32,000 nt of DNA, from positions 2,640,001-2,672,000 of the forward strand of contig NZ_RSDW01000001.1 in assembly GCF_003945235.1 (NCBI RefSeq), given 5' to 3'. The stretch is from Edaphobacter aggregans (GTDB lineage Bacteria > Acidobacteriota > Terriglobia > Terriglobales > Acidobacteriaceae). The first letter of the stretch is position 1, and each line of letters starts with the position of its first letter. The notes below the pieces were generated by a model that was not told the origin of the DNA, made no database searches, and was given only the letters and a program-made list of their open reading frames with translations. Made by a program: the position numbers and the translations under genes. Below, piece after piece: positions 18,501 through 25,882 of the stretch.

Positions 18501-18933
18501 AGAAAGTGTCGGTCAGAGTGGTTGTAATAGCGGTCGATTGCGTGTCGATCCCCACCGCACTTGCAGTCACCTCAACCGTTTCACCCACATTCCCCACCAT
18601 CATCGAAACGTTCAGCGTGGAGGAAACGTTGACCACGACTTCGTTGTGCTTCGACTCCCACTTCTTGAAACCGGAATTCGTCACGGTGACGTCATAGAAG
18701 CCGGGCGTAAGTCCATTCGCCGCAAACCGGCCCAACGAATCTGTCGTCAAAGTACGACTCCCTTGCGGTCCAACCAGAACAACGGTGGCACCTGGGAGTA
18801 CCGCGCCTGTCTGATCCGTAACCGCTCCGCTAAGACCGCCAGTGGTAGCGCCCTGCTGCTGCGCAAAGGCCGTAAACGACACGAACAGTAGCAACACACA
18901 TAGGTGCGTAAGGTATTTCAGTGCTTGTTTCAT
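15577..18933 (-). CDS. Large TonB-dependent receptor / outer-membrane barrel with N-terminal carboxypeptidase-regulatory-like domain (acidobacterial type)
   Basis: Signal peptide 'MKQALKYLTHLCVLLLFVSFTAFAQQ'. 'GGLSGAVTDQTGAVLPGATVVLVGPQGSRTLTTDSLGRFAANGLTPGFYDVTV'. Plug-like 'NSVPMPRNVSAIFYAAPGV'. Terminal 'GSVRLEF'. RBS 'GAGGGGGaata' before the ATG at 18933. Confidence 0.92.
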   Translation of the reverse strand: MKQALKYLTHLCVLLLFVSFTAFAQQQGATTGGLSGAVTDQTGAVLPGATVVLVGPQGSRTLTTDSLGRFAANGLTPGFYDVTVTNSGFKKWESKHNEVVVNVSSTLNVSMMVGNVGETVEVTASAVGIDTQSTAITTTLTDTFYNSVPMPRNVSAIFYAAPGVAAGQVAGSPGQIGPGQANPSIGGASGLENLYVVDGVTITDQAFGSIGTYNRYHGALGTGVNLSFIKEVNVKTTAFEPEYGKALGGVVQIVTKSGSNHFHGAIGAYFGPGTWYASRFQYYQFGFQQVTPPSTLSSPQYDAVVELGGYIPHFQDKLFFFGSFNPQLNQTIMQANPGAPAPSVALGPLTYSTTTMSWAGKVTYKIGAATTFEASSFGDPSRHNTQPFALGSSGLASYFPQTTASNWNYGSRNSVARITTAVTPTWLVNAGFAYNYNHFDEIPATTDYGITDASANSLLVPGASVTSGLGAYEPSTNDTWSIEANTSKTFGFFGQHTVSLGYAYDHTNFNDRPSRSGQLFPIPGHNAAGQDLTTLFSNFPAGAVGSLTNAIFRITATNSDPTLTQTDRTCTQCPINSHGQQIYASINRGTYKGLVVEALGRYHTAYVNDVYQMNRYISINAGARWEQQRVAGTILSYVFTGNWSPRLGINIDPVGDHKSKLFFNFSRNFWAMPLDAAIRQLGNEQDDTSFAFAPVINSNGSFTIIPDAAHTLNGLPRSTNSSGVISKFGAPSFASSTGEGIIPGTKGQYGDEYVIGVEREMTPSIVVKARWTDRRLIRIIEDIGSQSPEGSTIVPNFNGGIANPGPSTDIAVNEQSVKYTPAQFAAKNNPNTVTPATYVPVQPGCTAANDTFFAIGTFFINGLNQQVGGVCILNLAQADAGPGDGIPDGFVRPVRRYQAAEFEVDKRFSNHWLAVANLRWGTLYGNYEGAYRNDNGQSDPGISSLFDFTPGILNLLGDQFANGVLSTDRRTVGNLFLSYNVGTDTPFLHSLKGLTLGSGLRGQSGVPLSLLGNHPIYLNQGEVPIGGRGAAGRTPSTLQLDLHTSYDVPLGRFTEKYRLRLAMDMFNVTNSQFELGRVQYTQTPSSSVGVAPPLNSDYNRPTAFQTPFYARGSVRLEF

Positions 18934-19034
18934 TATTCCCCCTCAAGTCGTGAATGACGTGATTTTTGCGGAGTGCAGGGGCCCATTGACGCGGACAGGT
19001 ATTTTTGTCACGGCGTACTTCGATGTTTCCTAAA

Positions 19035-19049
19035 GGCAATTGAATTGCC
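19035..19049. promoter_or_regulatory. Perfect 7-1-7 palindrome GGCAATT-g-AATTGCC (candidate operator)
   Basis: Read directly. It lies ~100 nt upstream of the receptor start (18933), in the divergent region shared with gyrA. Confidence 0.3.
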
Positions 19050-19408
19050 AAATCAAGCCGCTGAACCACTATTCATATCTCCAACATCGACATGGAGATA
19101 GGTCTATCCCGGTTTTCGGGAAATCCCCAAACGTCATCAAAAGATTATGAAAAGTGGGATGAACTGTTTCTTTTTTGGGATAACGCCTCGTAATCGAGTG
19201 ATGTTTGTCGACCAAAAATAGACGTCGCCTTTCACCCCCGCGAATAGGAGACTCGTCACATTTTTATAAAACGCGCTGAGTGTGGCTTGGAGTCAGGCAG
19301 CCATGGCCAACCGGCCAAATTCTACCTATTCGCTGTCGTTGGCTAACCCTCGCAAAACCAATAAGTTCGCAGGGTCTTTTCTACCCGGACGTATCCCCCC
19401 AAACCCTC

Positions 19409-19414
19409 TATAAT
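19409..19414 (+). promoter_or_regulatory. Perfect TATAAT -10 box 13 nt upstream of the gyrA ATG
   Basis: 'ccctcTATAATagatacataaaccATG'. No good -35 element and no Shine-Dalgarno sequence. This implies a very short leader. Confidence 0.35.
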
Positions 19415-19427
19415 AGATACATAAACC

Positions 19428-22283
19428 ATGGCAGACGATCAGAATCCGCAACTCCCCCTTGGCTCCAACCCTGACAATCCAAACGGCCCCGACAACACCG
19501 TCCAGGGCCGGGGCGCCGCCTTCCTGCTCCCCGTCAATATTGAAGACGAGATGCGCCGGTCGTACCTCGACTACTCCATGTCGGTCATCATCGGCCGCGC
19601 CCTCCCCGACGTCCGCGACGGCCTCAAGCCCGTCCACCGTCGCATCCTCTACGGCATGCAGGAGATGGGCCTCCAGTTCAACAAGAAGTACACCAAGTCC
19701 GCCAAGGTCGTCGGCCACGTCATGGGTAACTACCATCCCCACGGCGACTCCGCCATCTACGACACCATGGTCCGCCTCGCCCAGCCCTTCTCCCTCCGCT
19801 ACCCCCTCGTAGACGGCCAGGGCAACTTCGGCTCCGTCGACGGCGATCCACCGGCCGCCATGCGTTACACCGAGTCCCGCATGACCCGCATCGCCGGCGA
19901 GATGCTCGCCGACATCGACTCCGACACCGTCGACTTCACCCCCAACTACGACGAGTCCACCCTCGAGCCCACCGTCCTCCCCGGACGCATCCCCAACCTC
20001 ATCGTCAACGGCAGCGGCGGCATCGCAGTCGGCATGGCGACCAACATCCCGCCCCACAACCTCACCGAAGTCATCAACGCCTGCATCGCCCTCATCAACG
20101 ACCCCCGCGCCGGCATCGAAACCGTCCTCGAGCACGTCAAAGGCCCTGACTTCCCCACCGGCGGCTACCTCTACGGTCGCGCCGGCATCCCCCAGACCTA
20201 TAAGACAGGCCGTGGCCGCTTCGTTATGCGCGCCAAGTGCTCCATCGAGAACATCTCCGGCGGTCGCCAGGCCATCATCGTCACCGAGATCCCCTACCAG
20301 GTCAACAAAGCCAAACTCATCGAGCGCATCGCCGAGCTAGTCAACGAAGGCATCATCACCGACATCGCCCGCGACGAATTCCGCGACGAGTCCGACCGCG
20401 ACGGCATGCGCATCCACATCGGCCTCAAGCGCGGCGCCGAATCCCAGATCGTCCTCAATCAGCTCTACAAGCACACCCAGATGCAGGAGAGCTTCTCCAT
20501 GATCTTCCTGGCCGTCCACAACGGTCAGCCCAAGGTCCTGCCGCTCGACCAGGCCATCCGCGCCTTCCTCGAACACCGCATCGAAGTCGTCCGCCGCCGC
20601 ACCGCCTTCCTCCTCGGCAAGGCCCGCGACCGCGAGCACATCCTGCTCGGCTACCAGATCGCGCTCGACCACCTCGACAACGTCATCAAGATCATCCGCC
20701 AGTCCGGCAGCCGCGCCGAAGCTCGCGAGCGCCTCTTCCAATACTTCTCCGGCAAGTCCGTCAACCTCCGCGGCACCGAGCTCAAAGGCATCACCCTCGA
20801 CCCGGCCAAGTACAACGTCGACATGACCTTCTCGACCACCGGCACCCTGATCCTCAGCTACCGCCAGGTCGACGCCATCCTTGAGCTGCAGCTCTACCGC
20901 CTCACCCAGCTCTCCATCGACGAGCTCCTCAAAGAGCTGGCCGAAGTCCGCGACAACATCGCCGACTTCGAGTCCATCCTCGCCTCGGAGAAGAAGCTCC
21001 GCAAAGTCATCATCAAGGAGCTCGAAGAGGTCCGCGACAAGTACGGCGACGAACGCCGCACCATCATCGTCGACGAAACCACCGAGCTTCAGCTCGAAGA
21101 CCTCATCGCCGACGAGCAGGTCGCCGTCACCGTCTCCAACACCGGCTACCTCAAGCGCACGCCCATCTCCACCTACCGCCAGCAGCGTCGCGGAGGCACC
21201 GGCCGCCTCGGCATGAAGACCCGCGATGAAGACTTCGTCGCGCAGCTCATCATCGACTCGACGCACGCCTATCTCCTCTGCTTCACCAACACCGGCCGCG
21301 TCTACTGGCTCAAGGTCTACGAAGTCCCCGACGTCGGCGCCGCAGGCAAGGGTAAGGCCATGGCCTCGCTCGTCGCGCTCCAGCCCGGCGAAAAAGTCGT
21401 GACCATCCTCCCCGTCCGCGACCTCACCGAGGACAACAAGTACATCCTCTTCGCCACTCGCGAAGGCACCGTCAAGAAGACCGCCCTCAAGGACTTCTCG
21501 AACGTGATGTCCCGCGGCATCATCGCCATCAACATCGAGAAGGACGACGAGCTCATCACCGCCCGCGTCACCGACGGCCACCAGGTCATCTTCCTCGCCA
21601 CCCACGACGGCATGGCCATCCGCTTCAACGAGCAGGACCTCCGCCCCATGGGCCGTCCCGCCACCGGCAACCGCGGCATCTCTCTCCGCAAGGGCGACTA
21701 CGTCATCGGCGCCGCCGTCACCCCATCCAACGAGGCCCGCAACAAGACCCGCCTCGAGCGCGCCGCACAAAAGGGCCTCTCCAACGAGGTAGAAGCCGTC
21801 ATCGACGAGGTCTCCACCTCCACCGCCGCCACCCCACTCGAGCTCTCCGGCGACCCCACCGAGCTATCCGCTCCCGCCGTCTCCGAAGCCGCCGCCGCCA
21901 AGCTCGAAAAGCTCGACAAGCAGCTCGGCCTCACCCCCTGCCTCATGCTCTCGGTCTCCGAGAACGGCTACGGCAAGCGCACCGACGTCGACCAGTACCG
22001 TCTCCAGTCACGCGGCGGCAAGGGCGTCATTAATATGAAGGCGACCCCCAAGATCGGCAAGGTCACCGGCATCAACCTCGTCGACGAGACCAGCGAGCTG
22101 ATGGTCATCAGCCAATTCGGCAAGATCATCCGTATCGACACCAAATCCATCCGCGCCGCAGGCCGCAGCACCAGCGGAGTAAAGCTCCTCGACCTCGACG
22201 CCGACGACAAGGTAGCCGCCGCCGTAGTCATCCCCCCAGAAGAAGCAAAAACCCAACCAGAAGACGGAACGCTGCTGCAATAG
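19428..22283 (+). CDS. gyrA: DNA gyrase subunit A
   Basis: 951 aa. '[31 protein letters not shown]', the QRDR-region motif '[20 protein letters not shown]', the catalytic region 'AMRYTE', and the GyrA box '[13 protein letters not shown]'. The C-terminal beta-pinwheel blades are present. Confidence 0.98.
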   Translation: MADDQNPQLPLGSNPDNPNGPDNTVQGRGAAFLLPVNIEDEMRRSYLDYSMSVIIGRALPDVRDGLKPVHRRILYGMQEMGLQFNKKYTKSAKVVGHVMGNYHPHGDSAIYDTMVRLAQPFSLRYPLVDGQGNFGSVDGDPPAAMRYTESRMTRIAGEMLADIDSDTVDFTPNYDESTLEPTVLPGRIPNLIVNGSGGIAVGMATNIPPHNLTEVINACIALINDPRAGIETVLEHVKGPDFPTGGYLYGRAGIPQTYKTGRGRFVMRAKCSIENISGGRQAIIVTEIPYQVNKAKLIERIAELVNEGIITDIARDEFRDESDRDGMRIHIGLKRGAESQIVLNQLYKHTQMQESFSMIFLAVHNGQPKVLPLDQAIRAFLEHRIEVVRRRTAFLLGKARDREHILLGYQIALDHLDNVIKIIRQSGSRAEARERLFQYFSGKSVNLRGTELKGITLDPAKYNVDMTFSTTGTLILSYRQVDAILELQLYRLTQLSIDELLKELAEVRDNIADFESILASEKKLRKVIIKELEEVRDKYGDERRTIIVDETTELQLEDLIADEQVAVTVSNTGYLKRTPISTYRQQRRGGTGRLGMKTRDEDFVAQLIIDSTHAYLLCFTNTGRVYWLKVYEVPDVGAAGKGKAMASLVALQPGEKVVTILPVRDLTEDNKYILFATREGTVKKTALKDFSNVMSRGIIAINIEKDDELITARVTDGHQVIFLATHDGMAIRFNEQDLRPMGRPATGNRGISLRKGDYVIGAAVTPSNEARNKTRLERAAQKGLSNEVEAVIDEVSTSTAATPLELSGDPTELSAPAVSEAAAAKLEKLDKQLGLTPCLMLSVSENGYGKRTDVDQYRLQSRGGKGVINMKATPKIGKVTGINLVDETSELMVISQFGKIIRIDTKSIRAAGRSTSGVKLLDLDADDKVAAAVVIPPEEAKTQPEDGTLLQ

Positions 22284-22333
22284 ATCCCTTCTTCCAATCG
22301 AATTCACCACCTTGGTAATCGGGGTAAGTCACG

Positions 22334-23779
22334 ATGTACGCGAACAACAACGATAAGAAAGGCTCTGTCGCGTGGTTCAAAACCGAGTACCCTCTCATCG
22401 CACTCCTCGGCCTTCTTTACATCGCGCTGATTGGCAGGTATCGGGCCTTTGATCTTGACAACAGCTGGTTCCTGAGTTTTTCGCACTCCTTCTGGACCCG
22501 GCGCATCGAGACAGACACCTTCATGCTGCGTGTCTTTCCCACCGGCATGGGCGGAGTCATCGCCTTCGGCAAGCTCGCCGCCGTTGTCCAGGGAGTCATT
22601 CTCAGCCTCTTCGGCTGGTCTCTCACCGCCGCCACCCTTATCAGCATCACATTCACCCTCCTATCGCTTGCGCTGCTCGCCAACGTATGCCGACGTCTCG
22701 GCTACAGTGCAAACTTCACTCTCTGCTTCATCGCGCTCCTCGGCTTTACCGAGCCCTTCATCGCCGTCAGCCAGAAGGCACGTTACGAATTTCTTCCCAT
22801 CTTCTTACTCTCCCTAGCGCTCTGGCTCGCCGTCCGAGAGCACATAGGTTTCTCTATATTTGTGGCCACGATGGCCACCGAAGTCGAGCCGGCCGCGATT
22901 GTCATCCCCTTCGCCGTAGCCACCTTCCTTATCTCGCAGAACATCCACTCCAAACGCCTCCGCACTCCTCGACTCATCCTCCGCATCCTGATGGGAGCGG
23001 CCGCAGCGGCAACTGTTTATCTCTTGCTCCATCCACATATCTTCTCGCTCTTCCGATCAGCGGACTGGAGCGCCCTCAAGAACGGAGAAATCCATCTTCC
23101 GGGCGGTTTTGTTACCGCCTACTATCTCGTCAACAAACGTCATATCCCCGAGCTCGCACTCCTCCTCGTTTCCGTCGCTGTCTGCATCTTCGGCAACAAG
23201 AAGCACCTGCTCCTGCAATGGCCGGCCCTCTGCATCCTCGTCATCTTGCTCCTATCTACTCTCCTCCGCTGGGCGAACCCAGCCTATTTTGTCTTCATGG
23301 CCCCATTCACAAGTTTTTTCATCATGCAGGCTCTCTACGCAGACCGGTATCGCAATTGGATCCTCGCAGCCATCCTGCTCTTCACACTGCCCCAATATGC
23401 CTACCGTTATCGCTTCTGGTCATCCAGAGACGCAGGCTTCTCTCAATACGACGAGAATCAGATAAACGCAGCCATCACCCGCGAGGCTGCCCTGATCGGC
23501 AAGTCCCCCCAACAGTTAAACCTCATCGGCAACTACACACTGTGGTTTGCCCACCCGGATCTCTTCGTCAACCTGAACAAAGATGTCGTCAACAACAGCA
23601 TGTTGAGCAACGCAGACTTGTTGCTCTGCTTCGACAACCCCCTCGACCCACTCTTTACCTCATCCACCACGCAGGAAATCCCCTGCAGTTCGCTGAATCA
23701 TATCCACTACAAGCCGGCTGAAACAATCACCCTCCACGGCCACGTACTACGGCTACTCATTCCCACCAACCAACCCTGA
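22334..23779 (+). CDS. Polytopic membrane protein, probable GT-C-type glycosyltransferase (function uncertain)
   Basis: 481 aa with many hydrophobic segments. An acidic loop 'AFDLDNSWFLSFSHSFW' follows TM1, as in ArnT/PMT-like enzymes, and there is a ~120-aa C-terminal soluble part. It starts 50 nt after gyrA with no terminator between them. T-ending codons are more frequent than in gyrA. Confidence 0.75.
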   Translation: MYANNNDKKGSVAWFKTEYPLIALLGLLYIALIGRYRAFDLDNSWFLSFSHSFWTRRIETDTFMLRVFPTGMGGVIAFGKLAAVVQGVILSLFGWSLTAATLISITFTLLSLALLANVCRRLGYSANFTLCFIALLGFTEPFIAVSQKARYEFLPIFLLSLALWLAVREHIGFSIFVATMATEVEPAAIVIPFAVATFLISQNIHSKRLRTPRLILRILMGAAAAATVYLLLHPHIFSLFRSADWSALKNGEIHLPGGFVTAYYLVNKRHIPELALLLVSVAVCIFGNKKHLLLQWPALCILVILLLSTLLRWANPAYFVFMAPFTSFFIMQALYADRYRNWILAAILLFTLPQYAYRYRFWSSRDAGFSQYDENQINAAITREAALIGKSPQQLNLIGNYTLWFAHPDLFVNLNKDVVNNSMLSNADLLLCFDNPLDPLFTSSTTQEIPCSSLNHIHYKPAETITLHGHVLRLLIPTNQP

Positions 23780-23850
23780 ACCCAAACGGCCGTAGATCCA
23801 CAGAAGCGACGGGTGGCCCACCCATCAAATCGAGCCACAAAGTCGGGTGC

Positions 23851-23884
23851 CCCATCCATCGCGTCTTTTCGCGCGATGGGTGGG
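23851..23884. repeat. Hairpin repeat element 'CCCATCCATCGCG-tcttttcg-CGCGATGGGTGGG' between convergent genes
   Basis: 13-bp stem with one G-U pair. It is preceded by the related motifs 'GACGGGTGGCCCACCCATC' (23808-23826) and 'GTCGGGTGCC' (23842-23851). A degenerate copy 'ATCGGGTGCCGATTCGCGCGAC' sits at 23,223 bases further on, at 26223-26244. Confidence 0.6.
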
Positions 23885-23993
23885 TTCCACTCTGCCGAAG
23901 ACTGGAGTGAAGGCGAAGCCGGAACGACTGAATTGTCTTCCCTTCCCAGACCCAGAACTCGACACCAGCCATATCCTCCAGCATCTATCCTGT

Positions 23994-24455
23994 TCAGTCT
24001 TTGCTAGTACCTCTCATCAACATCACGCTGCAAAGCGGAGCAAACAGCACCGTCACATAGATCAGATAGATCCACGGAAACTGCCCGATATAAAAATCGT
24101 GCGGGTTGAGCGAGATCGGATTCTTGATCCGCACGAAACACACATAATCCACCACCACCGCAGCTGCCAGCCAGAAGACCCCTAGCGCAAGCGCCTCTCC
24201 GCGCAGCGCCAATCGACCCTCACTCTCCACCCTCCTCCGGAAATAGAGCCACCCGAACACCATCCACACCGCCAAATTCAGAAACGGAAGAAACCTCTCG
24301 GCAAAAAGATAAGCGGGAGGCGGGAAATCCGACCCACTCACCTGCGGAAAGTGGCCATAGACCTCGATGGCAATCGAAAAAGCAGTAGCGACAATCGTGA
24401 TCGCAACATATGCCAGGACAAAGGTTACGACTGCTCGCTTGTAACGAAGCCGCAT
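23994..24455 (-). CDS. Small 4-TM membrane protein, unknown function
   Basis: 'MRLRYKRAVVTFVLAYVAITIVATAFSIAI...' plus three further hydrophobic segments. I prefer the ATG at 24455 because the alternatives (24545, 24560, TTG 24617) run into the TTGACA promoter of the divergent PEP-CTERM gene. The start remains uncertain. Confidence 0.65.
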   Translation of the reverse strand: MRLRYKRAVVTFVLAYVAITIVATAFSIAIEVYGHFPQVSGSDFPPPAYLFAERFLPFLNLAVWMVFGWLYFRRRVESEGRLALRGEALALGVFWLAAAVVVDYVCFVRIKNPISLNPHDFYIGQFPWIYLIYVTVLFAPLCSVMLMRGTSKD

Positions 24456-24553
24456 AGACAGAACCCCGCTTTCTGTGAAAGATACGGTAGCCTGCGACCA
24501 GAAGTTCCCGCCTCGACCGGGGCCGTGAGCACGCGCGTTCACCATAAATTTGG

Positions 24554-24582
24554 TTGACATCTTCCTGCACACCGCATAAAAC
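24554..24582 (+). promoter_or_regulatory. Sigma70-like promoter TTGACA-N17-TAAAAC for PEP-CTERM paralog A
   Basis: TTGACA at 24554-24559, a 17-nt spacer, and TAAAAC at 24577-24582. It lies ~50 nt upstream of the ATG at 24632 (RBS 'aaaGGAGaaatcgct'). Confidence 0.55.
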
Positions 24583-24631
24583 TCTAACTCTACCCACAAG
24601 GGCTCCCGGACAATCAAAAGGAGAAATCGCT

Positions 24632-25363
24632 ATGCGGCGAACATGCCTGCTTTTTAATCCCGCGACTGCGCTTATCATCGCTACCTGCGCAGTCATTGCA
24701 ACGATTCCTGCACACGCCGACACCATCGGCTGGGCCAAGTGGACCGCCGACACCGCCGGTACCCCGGGCTCTGCCACCGGCTCCATTGGGAGCATCGGCA
24801 TCACCTACTCCGGCCAAACCAGCGCTCTACTGACCAGCTATCCGAGTTGGACCCCGGTCGCCACCTTTACCGGGGGCGTCGTCGGCAACGCACCACCCGC
24901 CGCCAACAACTCCATTCAAATTGAAGGCGGATCACCCATCACCGAGACCATCACCTTCTCCACTCCAGTCGCCGATCCCATCTTCGCCGTCTGGAGCCTC
25001 GGTGCGCCAGGCGCATTCGCCGAGTTCAACTTCAACGCGTCCGAGCCCTTCACCGTCCAGGGCGGCGGTCCCTCCGCAGAATTCGGCGGCACAGCCCTCA
25101 CCATCGTCGGTGAAAGCGTACAAGGACGCGAAGGTAACGGTGTCATCCAGTTCAGCGGCACCTTCACTTCCATCACGTTCACCACGCCCGACTTCGAGGA
25201 CTACTACGCCTTCACCGTAGGCGAGGATCAAACGCTAACCGATCAACTCCCTCCTCCTGTACCGGTCTCTTCAGCCGTTCCCGAACCCGGTGTCCTTTCG
25301 CTCTTCGGCCTCGGCCTCACGGCACTTCCCTTTGCGCGGAGGCTTTCGCACCTCCGCTCGTAA
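24632..25363 (+). CDS. PEP-CTERM sorting-domain protein, paralog A (unknown ~170-aa secreted domain)
   Basis: Signal peptide 'MRRTCLLFNPATALIIATCAVIATIPAHA'. The C-terminal sorting signal is 'VPEPGVLSLFGLGLTALPFARRLSHLRS' (PEP motif, TM segment, basic tail). It is a paralog of 27951-28655. Confidence 0.88.
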   Translation: MRRTCLLFNPATALIIATCAVIATIPAHADTIGWAKWTADTAGTPGSATGSIGSIGITYSGQTSALLTSYPSWTPVATFTGGVVGNAPPAANNSIQIEGGSPITETITFSTPVADPIFAVWSLGAPGAFAEFNFNASEPFTVQGGGPSAEFGGTALTIVGESVQGREGNGVIQFSGTFTSITFTTPDFEDYYAFTVGEDQTLTDQLPPPVPVSSAVPEPGVLSLFGLGLTALPFARRLSHLRS

Positions 25364-25408
25364 CAAACATCGACGTGGCGATCCGTCGCCGACGCCGATC
25401 AACACCTG

Positions 25409-25453
25409 GGAGTCCCCTCTCTACCGCATCTTTCGCGGTAGAGACGGGACTCC
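25409..25453 (+). terminator. Long imperfect hairpin downstream of PEP-CTERM paralog A
   Basis: 'ggagtccc-ct-ctctaccgc-atctttc-gcggtagag-ac-gggactcc' gives 17 bp with a 2x2 internal loop. No U-tract follows, so it may be a terminator or a stabiliser. Confidence 0.5.
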
Positions 25454-25520
25454 GCGCAACGCACGAACTCACCCGCCCCCATCAAACGCGGATGACAGCA
25501 CACATCAAAAACAAATAAAA

Positions 25521-25550
25521 AGGCCGAGCACTCTGGAACATGCTCGGCCT
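25521..25550 (-). terminator. Intrinsic terminator of the small secreted-protein gene
   Basis: 'aggccgagca' (25521-25530) pairs with 'tgctcggcct' (25541-25550). On the minus strand it is followed by 'ttttatttgttttt'. Confidence 0.78.
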
Positions 25551-25594
25551 TTGCGTCGCACTTGGGGGTTCAACCAAACCTTCCCCTATAAAGT

Positions 25595-25882
25595 TCAGTA
25601 GTAGCAGGCCGCAGAGAACACAATGCCGTCGTTTCTGACCACGGCATACCGCCCGCCGTTATTGACCAGCTCGCCGACAATGAACCAGTTAAAGCCATTC
25701 CATGCCCAAACATTAAAGGAACTGTCGACAGGGTAGTAGACCCCGTTAACATAGCAGTTCAAGTAAGCCGAATTCGCATACGTTATTTCTGCGGCGCGAA
25801 GGCGACTCGAAAATTGCCCCGATGCTGACTGAGCCGTGACAAGAGCAATAGCGACCGCGAAGATTGCGAGGATGCGTTTCAT
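25595..25882 (-). CDS. Small secreted protein (95 aa; ~73-aa aromatic/Asn/Gly-rich mature part with two Cys)
   Basis: 'MKRILAIFAVAIALVTAQSASGQ' is a signal peptide. The mature part is 'FSSRLRAAEITYANSAYLNCYVNGVYYPVDSSFNVWAWNGFNWFIVGELVNNGGRYAVVRNDGIVFSAACYY'. Strong RBS 'GGAGAGGAGaactacc' before the ATG at 25882. The gene has its own terminator. Confidence 0.75.
   Translation of the reverse strand: MKRILAIFAVAIALVTAQSASGQFSSRLRAAEITYANSAYLNCYVNGVYYPVDSSFNVWAWNGFNWFIVGELVNNGGRYAVVRNDGIVFSAACYY

Noticed and set aside
19326-21770. Long minus-strand ORFs inside gyrA (269 aa at 19326-20135, 477 aa at 20337-21770), plus several 60-220-aa alternate-frame ORFs
   Set aside because: They lie entirely antisense or out of frame to an unambiguous gyrA. 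Their products are low-complexity (G/A/V/D/E-rich or R/P-rich). Such open frames are expected from strong GCC/GAC/GTC-type codon bias.
24456-24617. Longer versions of the 4-TM protein ORF (TTG 24617, ATG 24560, ATG 24545)
   Set aside because: The extensions overlap the TTGACA-N17-TAAAAC promoter and 5' UTR of the divergent PEP-CTERM gene. They add a non-hydrophobic Gly/Arg-rich head and lack an SD sequence at usable spacing. This remains uncertain.
24220-24804. 194-aa minus-strand ORF and its counterpart at 27929-28117, both containing '...VAEPG.P....QVAQ.MVSACAGI.A.TA'
   Set aside because: Their similarity only mirrors the conserved 5' ends of the two PEP-CTERM paralogs on the opposite strand. 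They have no independent coding signals.
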